A DNA stretch of 64,000 nucleotides, taken from assembly GCA_041690695.1 (NCBI GenBank), contig JBEPVZ010000002.1, forward strand, positions 1,454 through 65,453, read 5' to 3'. The stretch comes from Candidatus Daviesbacteria bacterium. GTDB lineage: Bacteria; Patescibacteriota; Microgenomatia; Daviesbacterales; UBA10151. A program made the translations under genes and the position numbers. Under the pieces are notes generated by a model. The model ran no database searches and was not told where the DNA came from. It worked only from the letters and a program-made list of their open reading frames with translations. Shown here piece after piece: positions 1 to 9,012 of this stretch. Position 1 is the first letter of the stretch. The number at the start of each line of letters is the position of its first letter.

Positions 1-268
1 TTTTGGTTCGTTTAATTGAAGAAAAGTTTAGTTTAAGTCCTAAAATTGCTAGTACAAGTGTAATTGGTAAAGTTAATAGATCAAGGTGAATTACTAATAA
101 AATATAAGAGATTACCGTAAAGACGACATAACCTAAGGTTACACTTAATATAATCTTGGCCCAGAAATTAATCTGATTAAAAATCTTGTTAATAATTAAT
201 AGTCCTGGTAGGCCAAATAAAACGACGATTAATATAAAAAACAAACTAAATTCGAGAAGAATTTGCAT
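1..268 (-). CDS. hypothetical polytopic membrane protein; N-terminal part only, gene runs past the window start
   Basis: Reverse-strand ATG at 266..268. The frame stays open to position 1 and reads MQILLEFSLFFILIVVLFGLPGLL..., strongly hydrophobic. It is not in the supplied ORF track, which lists complete ORFs only. Confidence 0.4.
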   Translation of the reverse strand, partial: MQILLEFSLFFILIVVLFGLPGLLIINKIFNQINFWAKIILSVTLGYVVFTVISYILLVIHLDLLTLPITLVLAILGLKLNFSSIKRTK

Positions 269-321
269 AGCTGATTAAGCTATTATACGTTAGTTTTACT
301 TCTAGTTGTAAAGCCTGTAAG

Positions 322-1473
322 ATGGGAAAGATGCTTTCTAAAATATCTATTTCTTTGATATTTTCATGTTGTCTTATAATATTCTTTAGTTATTGGATTG
401 GGACTAATTTACATTTAAAATCGCCTACCCCAATAAGTTTTACAATAGCTGATTTATTTGGTAAACACCTTGAAACACCCTTTATCTTGATGATACTAGC
501 TAGTTTGGGGAGTGTTTTCTTACTTTTTTTCGTAGTTCAAAAACTGTTTGATTCAACTCTGGCAAATTTATCGATATTAATCTTTGGACTTAATCCGTGG
601 ACATCTTATGAAAGTGCAAGTAATTCAGTTTATGTCTTATTTACATTTGAGATATTAGCTGTTTTGGGAGCCTTGCTTTTACCGATTAAGAATGTATATC
701 TAAAGAGCCTAATTATCGGGGCGATTAGTTTTATAGCAATAATTTCGAGTTTATGGATGTGGCTAATTATTCCATCTCTAGTTTATTCGGGTTATAGATT
801 GGGTTGGATTAGCTCTAAAGAATTTAAATTCGTTAGCAGCTTGATTGGGCTAGCTCTAATTATTATGTTTATTTTAGGCGTTAAACACGAAAGTTATTTT
901 CTGCGAGTCATTAATCAAAATATTAATCTTTTTCAAAACGCCAAGGTCTTAAATAATATCAATCTATTTCATGATCAATTTAGAATTGGTGGTTATAGAG
1001 TGGGAGAAATTATTGAAAATAAATATTTCTACGATACTCAACATCTCTTTTTTCATTTTGCTGAATATTTCTCCCCAGTCATTTATTTTACCAGCCAAGC
1101 TAAAATAGATGACTTTTCGTTTAGTCCGCCAATTTATCTGGCACTGATCTTCCCCTTTTTTTATGGGTTAGATCTTTTTTTTACTAAATTTAAAATTAAG
1201 TATAAAAAACTACTTTGTATAAATATTATTTTATTGCTGTTACCTGCAACCCTCTCTAATATTCAACCTGATCTAGGTAGATTGTTTCTCATTTTTCCTA
1301 TAATAACTTTTCTAATATCTTTAGGTTTAAGAGGTTTTTATAAGCTATATCATCAATCTCGATCAGCTAAATTTTTGTTAATTTTATTAGCGAGTTTGTT
1401 CTTATTTCAAGTCATTGTGACGATGTCAGATATTGCCAATAGGGAACCAATTAGAATAAAAAACAATGCTTAA
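322..1473 (+). CDS. integral membrane protein; truncated or degenerate paralog of the PMT/ArnT-like GT-C family, lacking the DE loop
   Basis: GLNPWTSY and AEYFSPVIYFTSQ segments align with ISPW... and ...P.FLF.SG... blocks of the 1466, 9013, 10677 and 12245 paralogs. There is no S-L-N-x-D-E motif (ADLFGKH instead) and no C-terminal WQYGYK domain. Confidence 0.5.
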   Translation: MGKMLSKISISLIFSCCLIIFFSYWIGTNLHLKSPTPISFTIADLFGKHLETPFILMILASLGSVFLLFFVVQKLFDSTLANLSILIFGLNPWTSYESASNSVYVLFTFEILAVLGALLLPIKNVYLKSLIIGAISFIAIISSLWMWLIIPSLVYSGYRLGWISSKEFKFVSSLIGLALIIMFILGVKHESYFLRVINQNINLFQNAKVLNNINLFHDQFRIGGYRVGEIIENKYFYDTQHLFFHFAEYFSPVIYFTSQAKIDDFSFSPPIYLALIFPFFYGLDLFFTKFKIKYKKLLCINIILLLLPATLSNIQPDLGRLFLIFPIITFLISLGLRGFYKLYHQSRSAKFLLILLASLFLFQVIVTMSDIANREPIRIKNNA

Positions 1474-3136
1474 ACCATCGAAAAATTTAGTTTTTATAAC
1501 TATATTCATTTTAATTTTTATGTTAGGGACCTTTCTTCGTTTTGTGAACTTTACTAACAACCCAGTCAGCTTGAATATTGACGAGGTGGCTATTGGATAT
1601 AATGCTTACTCGATTTTAAAAACTGGTCGAGATGAATACGGCCTCTTTTTGCCGCTATCATTTAAGTCGGTTGGGGATTATAAACCGCCAGTCTTAATTT
1701 ATTTAACTGTTCCATCAATTGCGATTTTTGGTTTGAATGAATTTGGAGTTAGATTTCCGGTCGCTCTCTTGTCTAGCCTAACAATCTTGTTTGGGTACTT
1801 TCTCTTTAAACGATTAACTGACAATAAAACAATTGCTCTACTCGCGATGTGTCTACTTGCGATTTCACCATGGGGAATTTATTACGCTCGTTATGCTGAT
1901 GAAGCAACGGTAGCATTATTTCTAGTGGTAGTTGGAGCTATTTGTTTTTTTAAAATGATTGATAAGCATAGCTTGTCTTGGCAGGTTCTTTCGGCGGTTT
2001 TTTTAGGAATCTCAATGTATTGTTACTATACCGAACGACTTTTTGTACCAATACTTTTAGGAATACTATTATTTAGTTATATAAAGCAAAGAAAGCTAAC
2101 TTTTAAGGGTTGTTTAATCTTTCTAGTTACTTTGGGATTACTAATTAGTCCGCTTATTCTCTCAACTATTTTTGGTCCTGATAAAACACGGGTAGCTACG
2201 ACATTTATTACCAATGATCCGGAACTACAGCGCCAAGTTTTAACCTCACAAAACCAGATCTTGCCCAATTCATTATTTAGCTTTTTTGATAATAATCTTT
2301 TCCTCTCTATTTTTTATGGCATCCGAAAATATTTGTATTATTTTCATCCAGCCTTTCTTTTTTATAACGGACTAAATATGACAATTGATAATAGCTATGG
2401 GTTAGGAGTTGTCTACTTATTTGAACTGCCATTTCTGCTAATGGGCGGATATATTCTTATTAGAAAAAAGATTAAATCCAAGTTAATTATTTTGAGCTGG
2501 TTATTACTAGGAATTTTACCAGCGGCATTAACTCAAAATGAACAACACTCACTTCGTACGCTAGTGGCATTACCGATCTTTAATTTAATCTCGGCCTTAG
2601 GTGGATACGATCTATTTGGGCGGATTAGAAAAATGAAAGTTAATTACCAGCTGGCGATTGGTTCAGGTTTTACGCTGGTCGTTTTTATTCTTTTAGTCCA
2701 TGCTTATTTTGTTTTTAGTGTTTACTTTAAATATCAAAGGGGAGAAGCCTTTATGGAAGGGACTAAACAAGCCGTTAAATATGCGCTCGATCATAAAGCT
2801 GAGTATAATGAGATTGTTTTTGATCCGGTTAGAGGCGTAGATGGTCCAGATATTGTAAGTATTCCCCATATGTATGTTTTGTTTTACTCTCAATATGATC
2901 CCTCAATTTATCAAACTGAAATGAAAAGATATGGTACAAATAACCAAGATTTGTACGGCTTTGATAAATTTACAATTCGTCATATTGATTGGCCGACTGA
3001 TCACTCCAAAACAAAAACCTTATTTATTGGTAGCCCCTGGTCAATACCCTTGCAAGATATTCCTCAAGATCAAATTCTTCAAAAAATTTATCTGACTAAT
3101 GGCAAACTTGCTTTAATAATTGCCAAATCAGATTAA
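1466..3136 (+). CDS. GT-C fold glycosyltransferase, PMT/ArnT-like (GT39/GT83-type), polyprenyl-phosphate-sugar dependent
   Basis: N-terminal TM, then the SLNIDEVAIGYNAYSILKTGRDEYG loop (DE catalytic motif) and FKSVGDYKPP. Multiple TMs. C-terminal soluble domain ending in the ...PHMYVLFYSQYDP block. Overlaps the upstream gene by 8 bp. Confidence 0.7.
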   Translation: MLKPSKNLVFITIFILIFMLGTFLRFVNFTNNPVSLNIDEVAIGYNAYSILKTGRDEYGLFLPLSFKSVGDYKPPVLIYLTVPSIAIFGLNEFGVRFPVALLSSLTILFGYFLFKRLTDNKTIALLAMCLLAISPWGIYYARYADEATVALFLVVVGAICFFKMIDKHSLSWQVLSAVFLGISMYCYYTERLFVPILLGILLFSYIKQRKLTFKGCLIFLVTLGLLISPLILSTIFGPDKTRVATTFITNDPELQRQVLTSQNQILPNSLFSFFDNNLFLSIFYGIRKYLYYFHPAFLFYNGLNMTIDNSYGLGVVYLFELPFLLMGGYILIRKKIKSKLIILSWLLLGILPAALTQNEQHSLRTLVALPIFNLISALGGYDLFGRIRKMKVNYQLAIGSGFTLVVFILLVHAYFVFSVYFKYQRGEAFMEGTKQAVKYALDHKAEYNEIVFDPVRGVDGPDIVSIPHMYVLFYSQYDPSIYQTEMKRYGTNNQDLYGFDKFTIRHIDWPTDHSKTKTLFIGSPWSIPLQDIPQDQILQKIYLTNGKLALIIAKSD

Positions 3137-3215
3137 ATGAACTTTTGGTAAATAATGTTTTGCTACTTTTATAGCTAAGGGGTTAAAGGTATATTTAGAA
3201 GTATTCCAAATTTCT

Positions 3216-4553
3216 ATGATAATAAAGTTACTTAAAAATAATAAAAAATTACTGATATTAATTGTCCTATTTGTGGCGCTAGTCTTTAGACTTGCCATAA
3301 TAAGTTATGCGACTCATCCTGATATCTTTTCGTTCGCGAGTTGGGGGAAATGGATTTATGATTATGGTACAAAAGGTTTTTATGAGAATAATGTTTGGGT
3401 TTATGAATGGCCGAATCTGCCACCACTATTAAATTTAATTTTTGTGGGTATGAGATGGTTTTATTTGTTTAGTTTGAAAACTGTTCATCTATTTGATTAT
3501 TATCTTATACCATCATTTATTAGCTATAACTTGCCAGGGTGGAAAGACTGGGTGAGCTGGTACGGCGAAACTAATTATTATCCATATACCTTTCTTCCAA
3601 ATGGCTATATTATCTGCCTAAAACTAGTTGGGGTTATTTCTGATCTACTAATTGGCTGGCTTGCCTTTAAGGTGGCCATTAAACACCTTAGTTATAAAAG
3701 CAGTTTAATATTAGCCAGTCTTTTTGTATTACTCCCTTTTAGCTGGTATTTAAGTACCTTATGGGGACAATATGAATCACTTGTCGCCTTATTCTTAATT
3801 GGAGGGATTCTTTTATTAATCAAGAGATCCTTTTTATTATCCGTACTCTTTATAGCAATTAGTATAAGTATTAAACCAACCAGTGGAGTCTATTTACCTG
3901 TTTATCTGGTCTATTTCTTTAGCCTTCGGCCTAAAATATCAACCTTTTTAATCTCAATCTTTTTAGTCATCATTTTGATAATTACTACGGTGGCACCGTT
4001 TGCAAATAAGGACTTATTTACCTACCTTTATAATGATATTTATCCAAAAGTTTTTTCAGAGTATAGATTTAGAATTACAGATCATGCTTTTAATTTTTGG
4101 AGTATTTTTTATCCATCTGGGGTTTGGTTATCTTCAAAGAATATATTGTTTTTACCGGCTTCAACGTGGAGTCTTTTCGTATTTGTTGGATTAATAATTT
4201 GGTCAAGTTTAATAGTTATTAAGGGGAATATTAAAAATGTACTTAAAGGCTTTTATTTAATGGGCGGTGGAAGTTACCTCTTTATGACTGGTATGCATGA
4301 TCGATACTTTTTCAGTGCGGTGGCTCTTTTAGGTTTTTTAACTATTTTTTATTCAAAATTACTTAAATATTGGATTTTGACAACTTTGTTGTTCTTTTTT
4401 AACTTACTTTATTCATGGGGCTACCCGATTTTTACTCCTGGTCAGGTTTGGGATAATAGTCTTGTCATCCAAATTTCAAGTATTGGTCAAGTGGTCTTAT
4501 TTATTATCTGTTTGTATGAGTTAGGTTTATTGTATAAAATAAGAAGAGGATAA
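3216..4553 (+). CDS. polytopic membrane protein, probable GT-C-type glycosyltransferase (family unclear)
   Basis: 445 aa with about 10 predicted TM segments. The first loop is aromatic-rich (EWPNLPPLLN, WKDWVSWYG). The operon context is GT-only. Confidence 0.45.
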   Translation: MIIKLLKNNKKLLILIVLFVALVFRLAIISYATHPDIFSFASWGKWIYDYGTKGFYENNVWVYEWPNLPPLLNLIFVGMRWFYLFSLKTVHLFDYYLIPSFISYNLPGWKDWVSWYGETNYYPYTFLPNGYIICLKLVGVISDLLIGWLAFKVAIKHLSYKSSLILASLFVLLPFSWYLSTLWGQYESLVALFLIGGILLLIKRSFLLSVLFIAISISIKPTSGVYLPVYLVYFFSLRPKISTFLISIFLVIILIITTVAPFANKDLFTYLYNDIYPKVFSEYRFRITDHAFNFWSIFYPSGVWLSSKNILFLPASTWSLFVFVGLIIWSSLIVIKGNIKNVLKGFYLMGGGSYLFMTGMHDRYFFSAVALLGFLTIFYSKLLKYWILTTLLFFFNLLYSWGYPIFTPGQVWDNSLVIQISSIGQVVLFIICLYELGLLYKIRRG

Positions 4554-4557
4554 AATT

Positions 4558-5463
4558 ATGGCACAAAACAAGATCACAGTCGTTATTAATACTTTAAACG
4601 AACAAAAAAATATTGCCCGAGCGATCGAATCGGTTAAGTGGGCGGATGAGATTTTAGTCTGCGACATGCAATCAGATGATGATACGGCTTTAATTGCCAG
4701 GAAGATGGGCGCAGTCGTTATTTTCCATAAGAGGATGGGTTTTGTTGAGCCAGCGCGGAATTTTGCTATTTCCAAAGCTTCACATGAATGGGTTTTAATT
4801 GTTGATGCTGATGAAGAGATCCCGGACTCTTTAGCAAAATACCTACAAGAGATGGTCCAAAAGCCAATTGTCTCGACCTTTGTTGAAATACCTCGCCAAA
4901 ATATTATTTTCAATAAATGGATGAAAGCTTCGATGTGGTGGCCAGATTATAATATTCGATTTTTCAAAAAAGAGGCTGTGACATGGAGTGACCATATTCA
5001 CCGCCCACCTAAAACAGAGGGTCAAGGTCTGACTTTACCCGGAGAAGAACGCTGGGCGATAATTCATCATAACTATACTAGTGTTAGCCAATTTATTGAT
5101 CGTTTGAACCGATATTCGACGATTCAAGCCAAAGAGCTTAAACAATCAGGCACAGAATTTAAATGGACGGATCTATTAACTAAACCGATTGAGGAGTTTT
5201 TAGGGCGTTTCTTTGCTAATCGAGGTTTTGACGATGGCTTGCACGGTTTAATTCTGAGTTTATTACAAGCTTTTTCATTTTTGGTTGTTTATATAAAATT
5301 ATGGGAATTAAACGGTTTTAAGGAAGATCAGATTAAATTGAGTGAAGTCAGAATTGAAACGGATAAGATTGGTCAACAGATTAACTATTGGTTTAACTTT
5401 CAGTCTTTGTCGAAAAATCCGCTTCGTCGAGTTATTCAGAAGGCTCGAGCTAAACTAAAATGA
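4558..5463 (+). CDS. GT2 family glycosyltransferase (paralog group A)
   Basis: ITVVINTLNEQKNI...VKWADEILVCD...DTALIA...LIVDADEEI carries the GT2 DxD signature. Paralogous to 6306, 13866 and 46375. Confidence 0.7.
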   Translation: MAQNKITVVINTLNEQKNIARAIESVKWADEILVCDMQSDDDTALIARKMGAVVIFHKRMGFVEPARNFAISKASHEWVLIVDADEEIPDSLAKYLQEMVQKPIVSTFVEIPRQNIIFNKWMKASMWWPDYNIRFFKKEAVTWSDHIHRPPKTEGQGLTLPGEERWAIIHHNYTSVSQFIDRLNRYSTIQAKELKQSGTEFKWTDLLTKPIEEFLGRFFANRGFDDGLHGLILSLLQAFSFLVVYIKLWELNGFKEDQIKLSEVRIETDKIGQQINYWFNFQSLSKNPLRRVIQKARAKLK

Positions 5464-6305
5464 TTAAAGTTGGAGTAGTTATTCTTAACTACAAAGTTAA
5501 GAATTTAGCTCTTAAATGTCTTAATTCTGTTCTGGCTTCATCGTTTAAACCCACACATGTTGTAATGGTTGATAACAGCTCAGGTGATGATATAGAAAAG
5601 GAACTTCCAAAATCTGAGAGGGTAGAATTTATTCAAACAGGTCAAAATCTCGGATATACGGGTGGAAATAATGTTGGGATTAAGCACTTGCTTAAGTATG
5701 ATCTTGACTATATCTGGATTCTTAATCCAGACTTAACTGTCGATAAGAAGGCTTTGGAAATTTTAACAAACAAGTCCGAGCAATTAGGGGCTGGAATTAG
5801 TTGTCCTAAGATCTACTTTGAAGGCTCGAAAAAATTATGGTATGCCGGCGGAATATTCGATAAAGCAAATGTTTTAGGAAGCCATCGAGGGGTTGATGAG
5901 CAAGATACTGGTAAATATGATACTGATCAAGAAACTGATTATGCGACCGGCGCCGCCATGTTTATCTCAAGACAGGTTTTAGAAAAAGTTGGCTTATTTG
6001 AAGAGCGTTATTTTTTATATTATGAAGATAGTGATCTGTCGCTTCGGGCAAAACAAGCCGATTTTAAGGTTATGTATATACCGGAGGCCGTTGTTTTTCA
6101 TAAAAATGCCCAGTCAACTAAGCTTGGTTCACCAATTCAAGATTACTATATTACTAGAAACCGAATGCTACTGGCTTCTAAGTTCTTGCCATTTCGGACC
6201 AGATTTGCTTTACTGCGAGAAGGAGTTCGTAATATTCAACAGCCCATTCGTCGCAAAGCCTTACTAGATTTTTTGCTGGGTAGATTTGGTCAAGGAAAAA
6301 TATAA
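5460..6305 (+). CDS. GT2 family glycosyltransferase (paralog group B, rhamnosyl/WbbL-like)
   Basis: VGVVILNYK...VVMVDNSSGDD...NLGYTGGNNVG...YYEDSDLSLRA. ATGA overlap with the upstream gene. Confidence 0.7.
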   Translation: MIKVGVVILNYKVKNLALKCLNSVLASSFKPTHVVMVDNSSGDDIEKELPKSERVEFIQTGQNLGYTGGNNVGIKHLLKYDLDYIWILNPDLTVDKKALEILTNKSEQLGAGISCPKIYFEGSKKLWYAGGIFDKANVLGSHRGVDEQDTGKYDTDQETDYATGAAMFISRQVLEKVGLFEERYFLYYEDSDLSLRAKQADFKVMYIPEAVVFHKNAQSTKLGSPIQDYYITRNRMLLASKFLPFRTRFALLREGVRNIQQPIRRKALLDFLLGRFGQGKI

Positions 6306-7112
6306 ATGATTAGCGTAATTATTATTACTAAAAATGAGCAAGATCAGATTAAAACTTGTTTAGAATCAGTAAAATGGGCCGATGAGATTATTGTCTATGA
6401 TAACGGTTCAACGGATCAGACTTTAAAAATTGCTAAAGAATATACAGATAAGATTTTTACTTTTGAAGGTCAAGACTATGCTGAACTTCGCAACCGGGCT
6501 TTTAAAAAAGCCACCGGAGACTGGGTTTTATACGTTGATGCCGATGAAAGAGTCTTGACTGATCTGAAAGATGAGTTAATCCAGATCTCAAAGTCTTCCG
6601 ATAAATCGGCTTTTGCAATTTCTAGGCGCAATATTATTTTCGGGTCTGAACAAAAATATGGTCCTTTTTGGCCAGATTGGATGATTCGTTTTTTTAAAGC
6701 TCAAGAATTTAAAACTTGGGTGGGCAAGATTCATGAATATGGAACCTTTAATGGTCAACTGGGTTACACCAAGAATTCATTTTTGCATTTAACTCACCGC
6801 AATTTAGATCAGATCGTTTTGAAAAGTCTCCATTGGTCAAATTTTGATGCTAAATTAAGGCTTGACTCGAAACATCCCAAAATGACGGGCTGGCGATTTT
6901 TAAGAATCTTTATAACCGAGACCTGGAATCAAGGAATTAAAAGACGCGGTTTTTTTAATGGCAGTATTGGAATAATGGATTGTCTTTTACAAACCTTTAG
7001 TCTTTATATGAGCTACATCCGACTTTGGGAGCTTCAGCAGCCTAAATCTTTAGATCAAGTTTATAAAGATATTGATTTGGAGCTTTTAAAAGATCAATTT
7101 CAATATAAATGA
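6306..7112 (+). CDS. GT2 family glycosyltransferase (paralog group A)
   Basis: ISVIIITKNEQDQIKTCLESVKWADEIIVYDNGSTDQT...YVDADERV. Close paralog of 4558..5463. Confidence 0.7.
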   Translation: MISVIIITKNEQDQIKTCLESVKWADEIIVYDNGSTDQTLKIAKEYTDKIFTFEGQDYAELRNRAFKKATGDWVLYVDADERVLTDLKDELIQISKSSDKSAFAISRRNIIFGSEQKYGPFWPDWMIRFFKAQEFKTWVGKIHEYGTFNGQLGYTKNSFLHLTHRNLDQIVLKSLHWSNFDAKLRLDSKHPKMTGWRFLRIFITETWNQGIKRRGFFNGSIGIMDCLLQTFSLYMSYIRLWELQQPKSLDQVYKDIDLELLKDQFQYK

Positions 7113-8182
7113 AAATCGCAATCTATAGTCCTTATTTAGACACTATCGGCGGAGGTGAGCGGTACATGTTAACTATCGCTGAAACATTAGCTTCCGATCA
7201 TCAGGTTGATGTCCTCTTAGATAATCATTTATCTAGTTTAGATATAAATTTATTAAAAGAAACTTTATCTAAAAGATTAAATTTGGACCTAAAAGCAGTT
7301 AATTTTATTAAAGCTCCACTGGGGTCTGATTCAAAAGCGCTGAATCGATCGTTATTTTTGCGAAAATATGATGTTTTGTTTTGTTTAACGGATGGTAGTA
7401 TCTTTTACTCAACCGCCAGGAAAAGTATTTTGCATATTCAATCGCCTTTAACGAATAACCAAAAAACTAAACTTAAAAATAAAATTAAACTGTCGAGTTG
7501 GGACTTGATAATTTATAACTCTGAATTTACCAAAAAACATGCTGAGAAGAGTTGGCCAATTAAATCTCAAGTTATTTATCCGCCTGTTGATCTTTCCGGG
7601 ATAAAGCCGCTTACTAAAAAGAATTACATTTTGTCCGTTGGGCGTTTTTTTGGATATTTGCGCGAAAAGAAACATGAAGTCTTAATTAGGTCTTTTATTG
7701 AGATGTATCAAAAAAATAATTTAAAAGGCTGGAGTTTACATTTAGTGGGATCGGCTACATCAGGTGATACAAAATATTTAAATGAATTAACAAAGATGGC
7801 TGAAGGTTTCCCAATCTATTTATATCCCAATTTAAATTATCAAAAATTACTTAAATTATATGGTCAGTCTTCAATTTATTGGCATGGAGCTGGTTTTGAG
7901 GAAACCGATCCAACTAAAATGGAGCATTTTGGTATAACTACTGTTGAGGCCATGGCGGGAGGATGTGTACCAGTCGTTATTGGACAAGGTGGTCAAACTG
8001 AAATTATCCAAGACAAAACCGATGGGTTTTTATGGAAGGATTTAGATGAATTAAATAAATTAACTCTAAAGATTATTGAGGATAAGACTCTTCGTCAAAG
8101 GATGACTAAACAAGCGATTATTCGAGCGAAAACCTTTTCTAAAGATAAATTTGAGGACCGGATTCGGGAGGTTATTAAATGA
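7109..8182 (+). CDS. GT4 family glycosyltransferase
   Basis: GT-B architecture. C-terminal FGITTVEAMAGGCVPVVIGQGGQTEII gives the E-x7-E motif. Confidence 0.7.
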   Translation: MKIAIYSPYLDTIGGGERYMLTIAETLASDHQVDVLLDNHLSSLDINLLKETLSKRLNLDLKAVNFIKAPLGSDSKALNRSLFLRKYDVLFCLTDGSIFYSTARKSILHIQSPLTNNQKTKLKNKIKLSSWDLIIYNSEFTKKHAEKSWPIKSQVIYPPVDLSGIKPLTKKNYILSVGRFFGYLREKKHEVLIRSFIEMYQKNNLKGWSLHLVGSATSGDTKYLNELTKMAEGFPIYLYPNLNYQKLLKLYGQSSIYWHGAGFEETDPTKMEHFGITTVEAMAGGCVPVVIGQGGQTEIIQDKTDGFLWKDLDELNKLTLKIIEDKTLRQRMTKQAIIRAKTFSKDKFEDRIREVIK

Positions 8183-8958
8183 CTTTACCTAAAGTTTCGG
8201 TTATTACGGTTACTTATAACAGTGAAAAGGCTATTGGCAATTTAGTAAGCTCTTTATCAAAAAGTTTACCATCAGGCAGTGAAATTATTATTGTCGATAA
8301 CGCTTCAACAGATCGAACAATTCAGATTGCAGAGAAGCAAACTGGAGTTAAAGTTATTCAATCTGAAAAAAACTTAGGTTTTTCAGCAGGTTGTAATCTT
8401 GGAGCAAAACAATCTCGGAATGATTATTTATTATTTTTAAATCCTGATACTCAAGTTAATAAAAATTCAGTGGAAGAGTTAATTAATTACTTAGCCAGCC
8501 ATTCTGAGGTTGGAATTGTGGCCCCAAAATTAATTGAAGATAACGGACGAAATCAGCCCTCCGCTCGAAATTTCCCAACTTTTTGGAAGGCTTTTCAAGA
8601 ATATTATTTGGGAAAGAAGTCGATATATGATGGTTTTTCTCCAAAAGGTCTAGATCCCGTTACTATTGAAAGTGTGGTTGGAGCAGCTATGTTAATTCCT
8701 AAGCATGTTTTCCAAAAAGTGGGTGGATTTAGTGAAAAATACTTTATGTATTATGAAGATATTGATCTTTGTTTGAAGGTCAATAAACTTGGTCTGAAAG
8801 TCGTTTATTTACCAACGGCGACTTTTAAACATCAAGTTGGAGGCAGTTTTTCTCCTCAAAAGCAAAAATGGCTAAAGGATTCAGCCAAAATTTACCATGG
8901 TCTTTGGCAATACTGGTTATTAACCATCCTTCTTAAACTACGTCCAAAGTCAAAATAG
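8179..8958 (+). CDS. GT2 family glycosyltransferase (group B)
   Basis: VSVITVTYNSEKAI...IIIVDNASTDRT...NLGFSAGCNLG...YYEDIDLCLK. Confidence 0.7.
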   Translation: MTLPKVSVITVTYNSEKAIGNLVSSLSKSLPSGSEIIIVDNASTDRTIQIAEKQTGVKVIQSEKNLGFSAGCNLGAKQSRNDYLLFLNPDTQVNKNSVEELINYLASHSEVGIVAPKLIEDNGRNQPSARNFPTFWKAFQEYYLGKKSIYDGFSPKGLDPVTIESVVGAAMLIPKHVFQKVGGFSEKYFMYYEDIDLCLKVNKLGLKVVYLPTATFKHQVGGSFSPQKQKWLKDSAKIYHGLWQYWLLTILLKLRPKSK

Positions 8959-9012
8959 TGCTCATGCCAATTGTTTTTTAGGCTCAGAAAATGAGACAAT
9001 AATTCTAATCTT

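Noticed and set aside
2077-2268. Short antisense or overlapping ORFs in the track (2077..2268, 2693..2893, 4000..4194, 4527..4913, 4843..5025, 5989..6267, 7448..7675, 24353..24598, 25564..25872, 26685..26906, 27744..27935, 30048..30447, 37594..37788, 40129..40347, 47221..47412, 51911..52114, 52774..52995, 55560..55781, 58668..58895, 62635..62838)
   Set aside because: Each lies wholly inside a longer ORF that has clear family motifs. They are AT-rich and low-complexity and have no recognisable domains. I take them as spurious frames.
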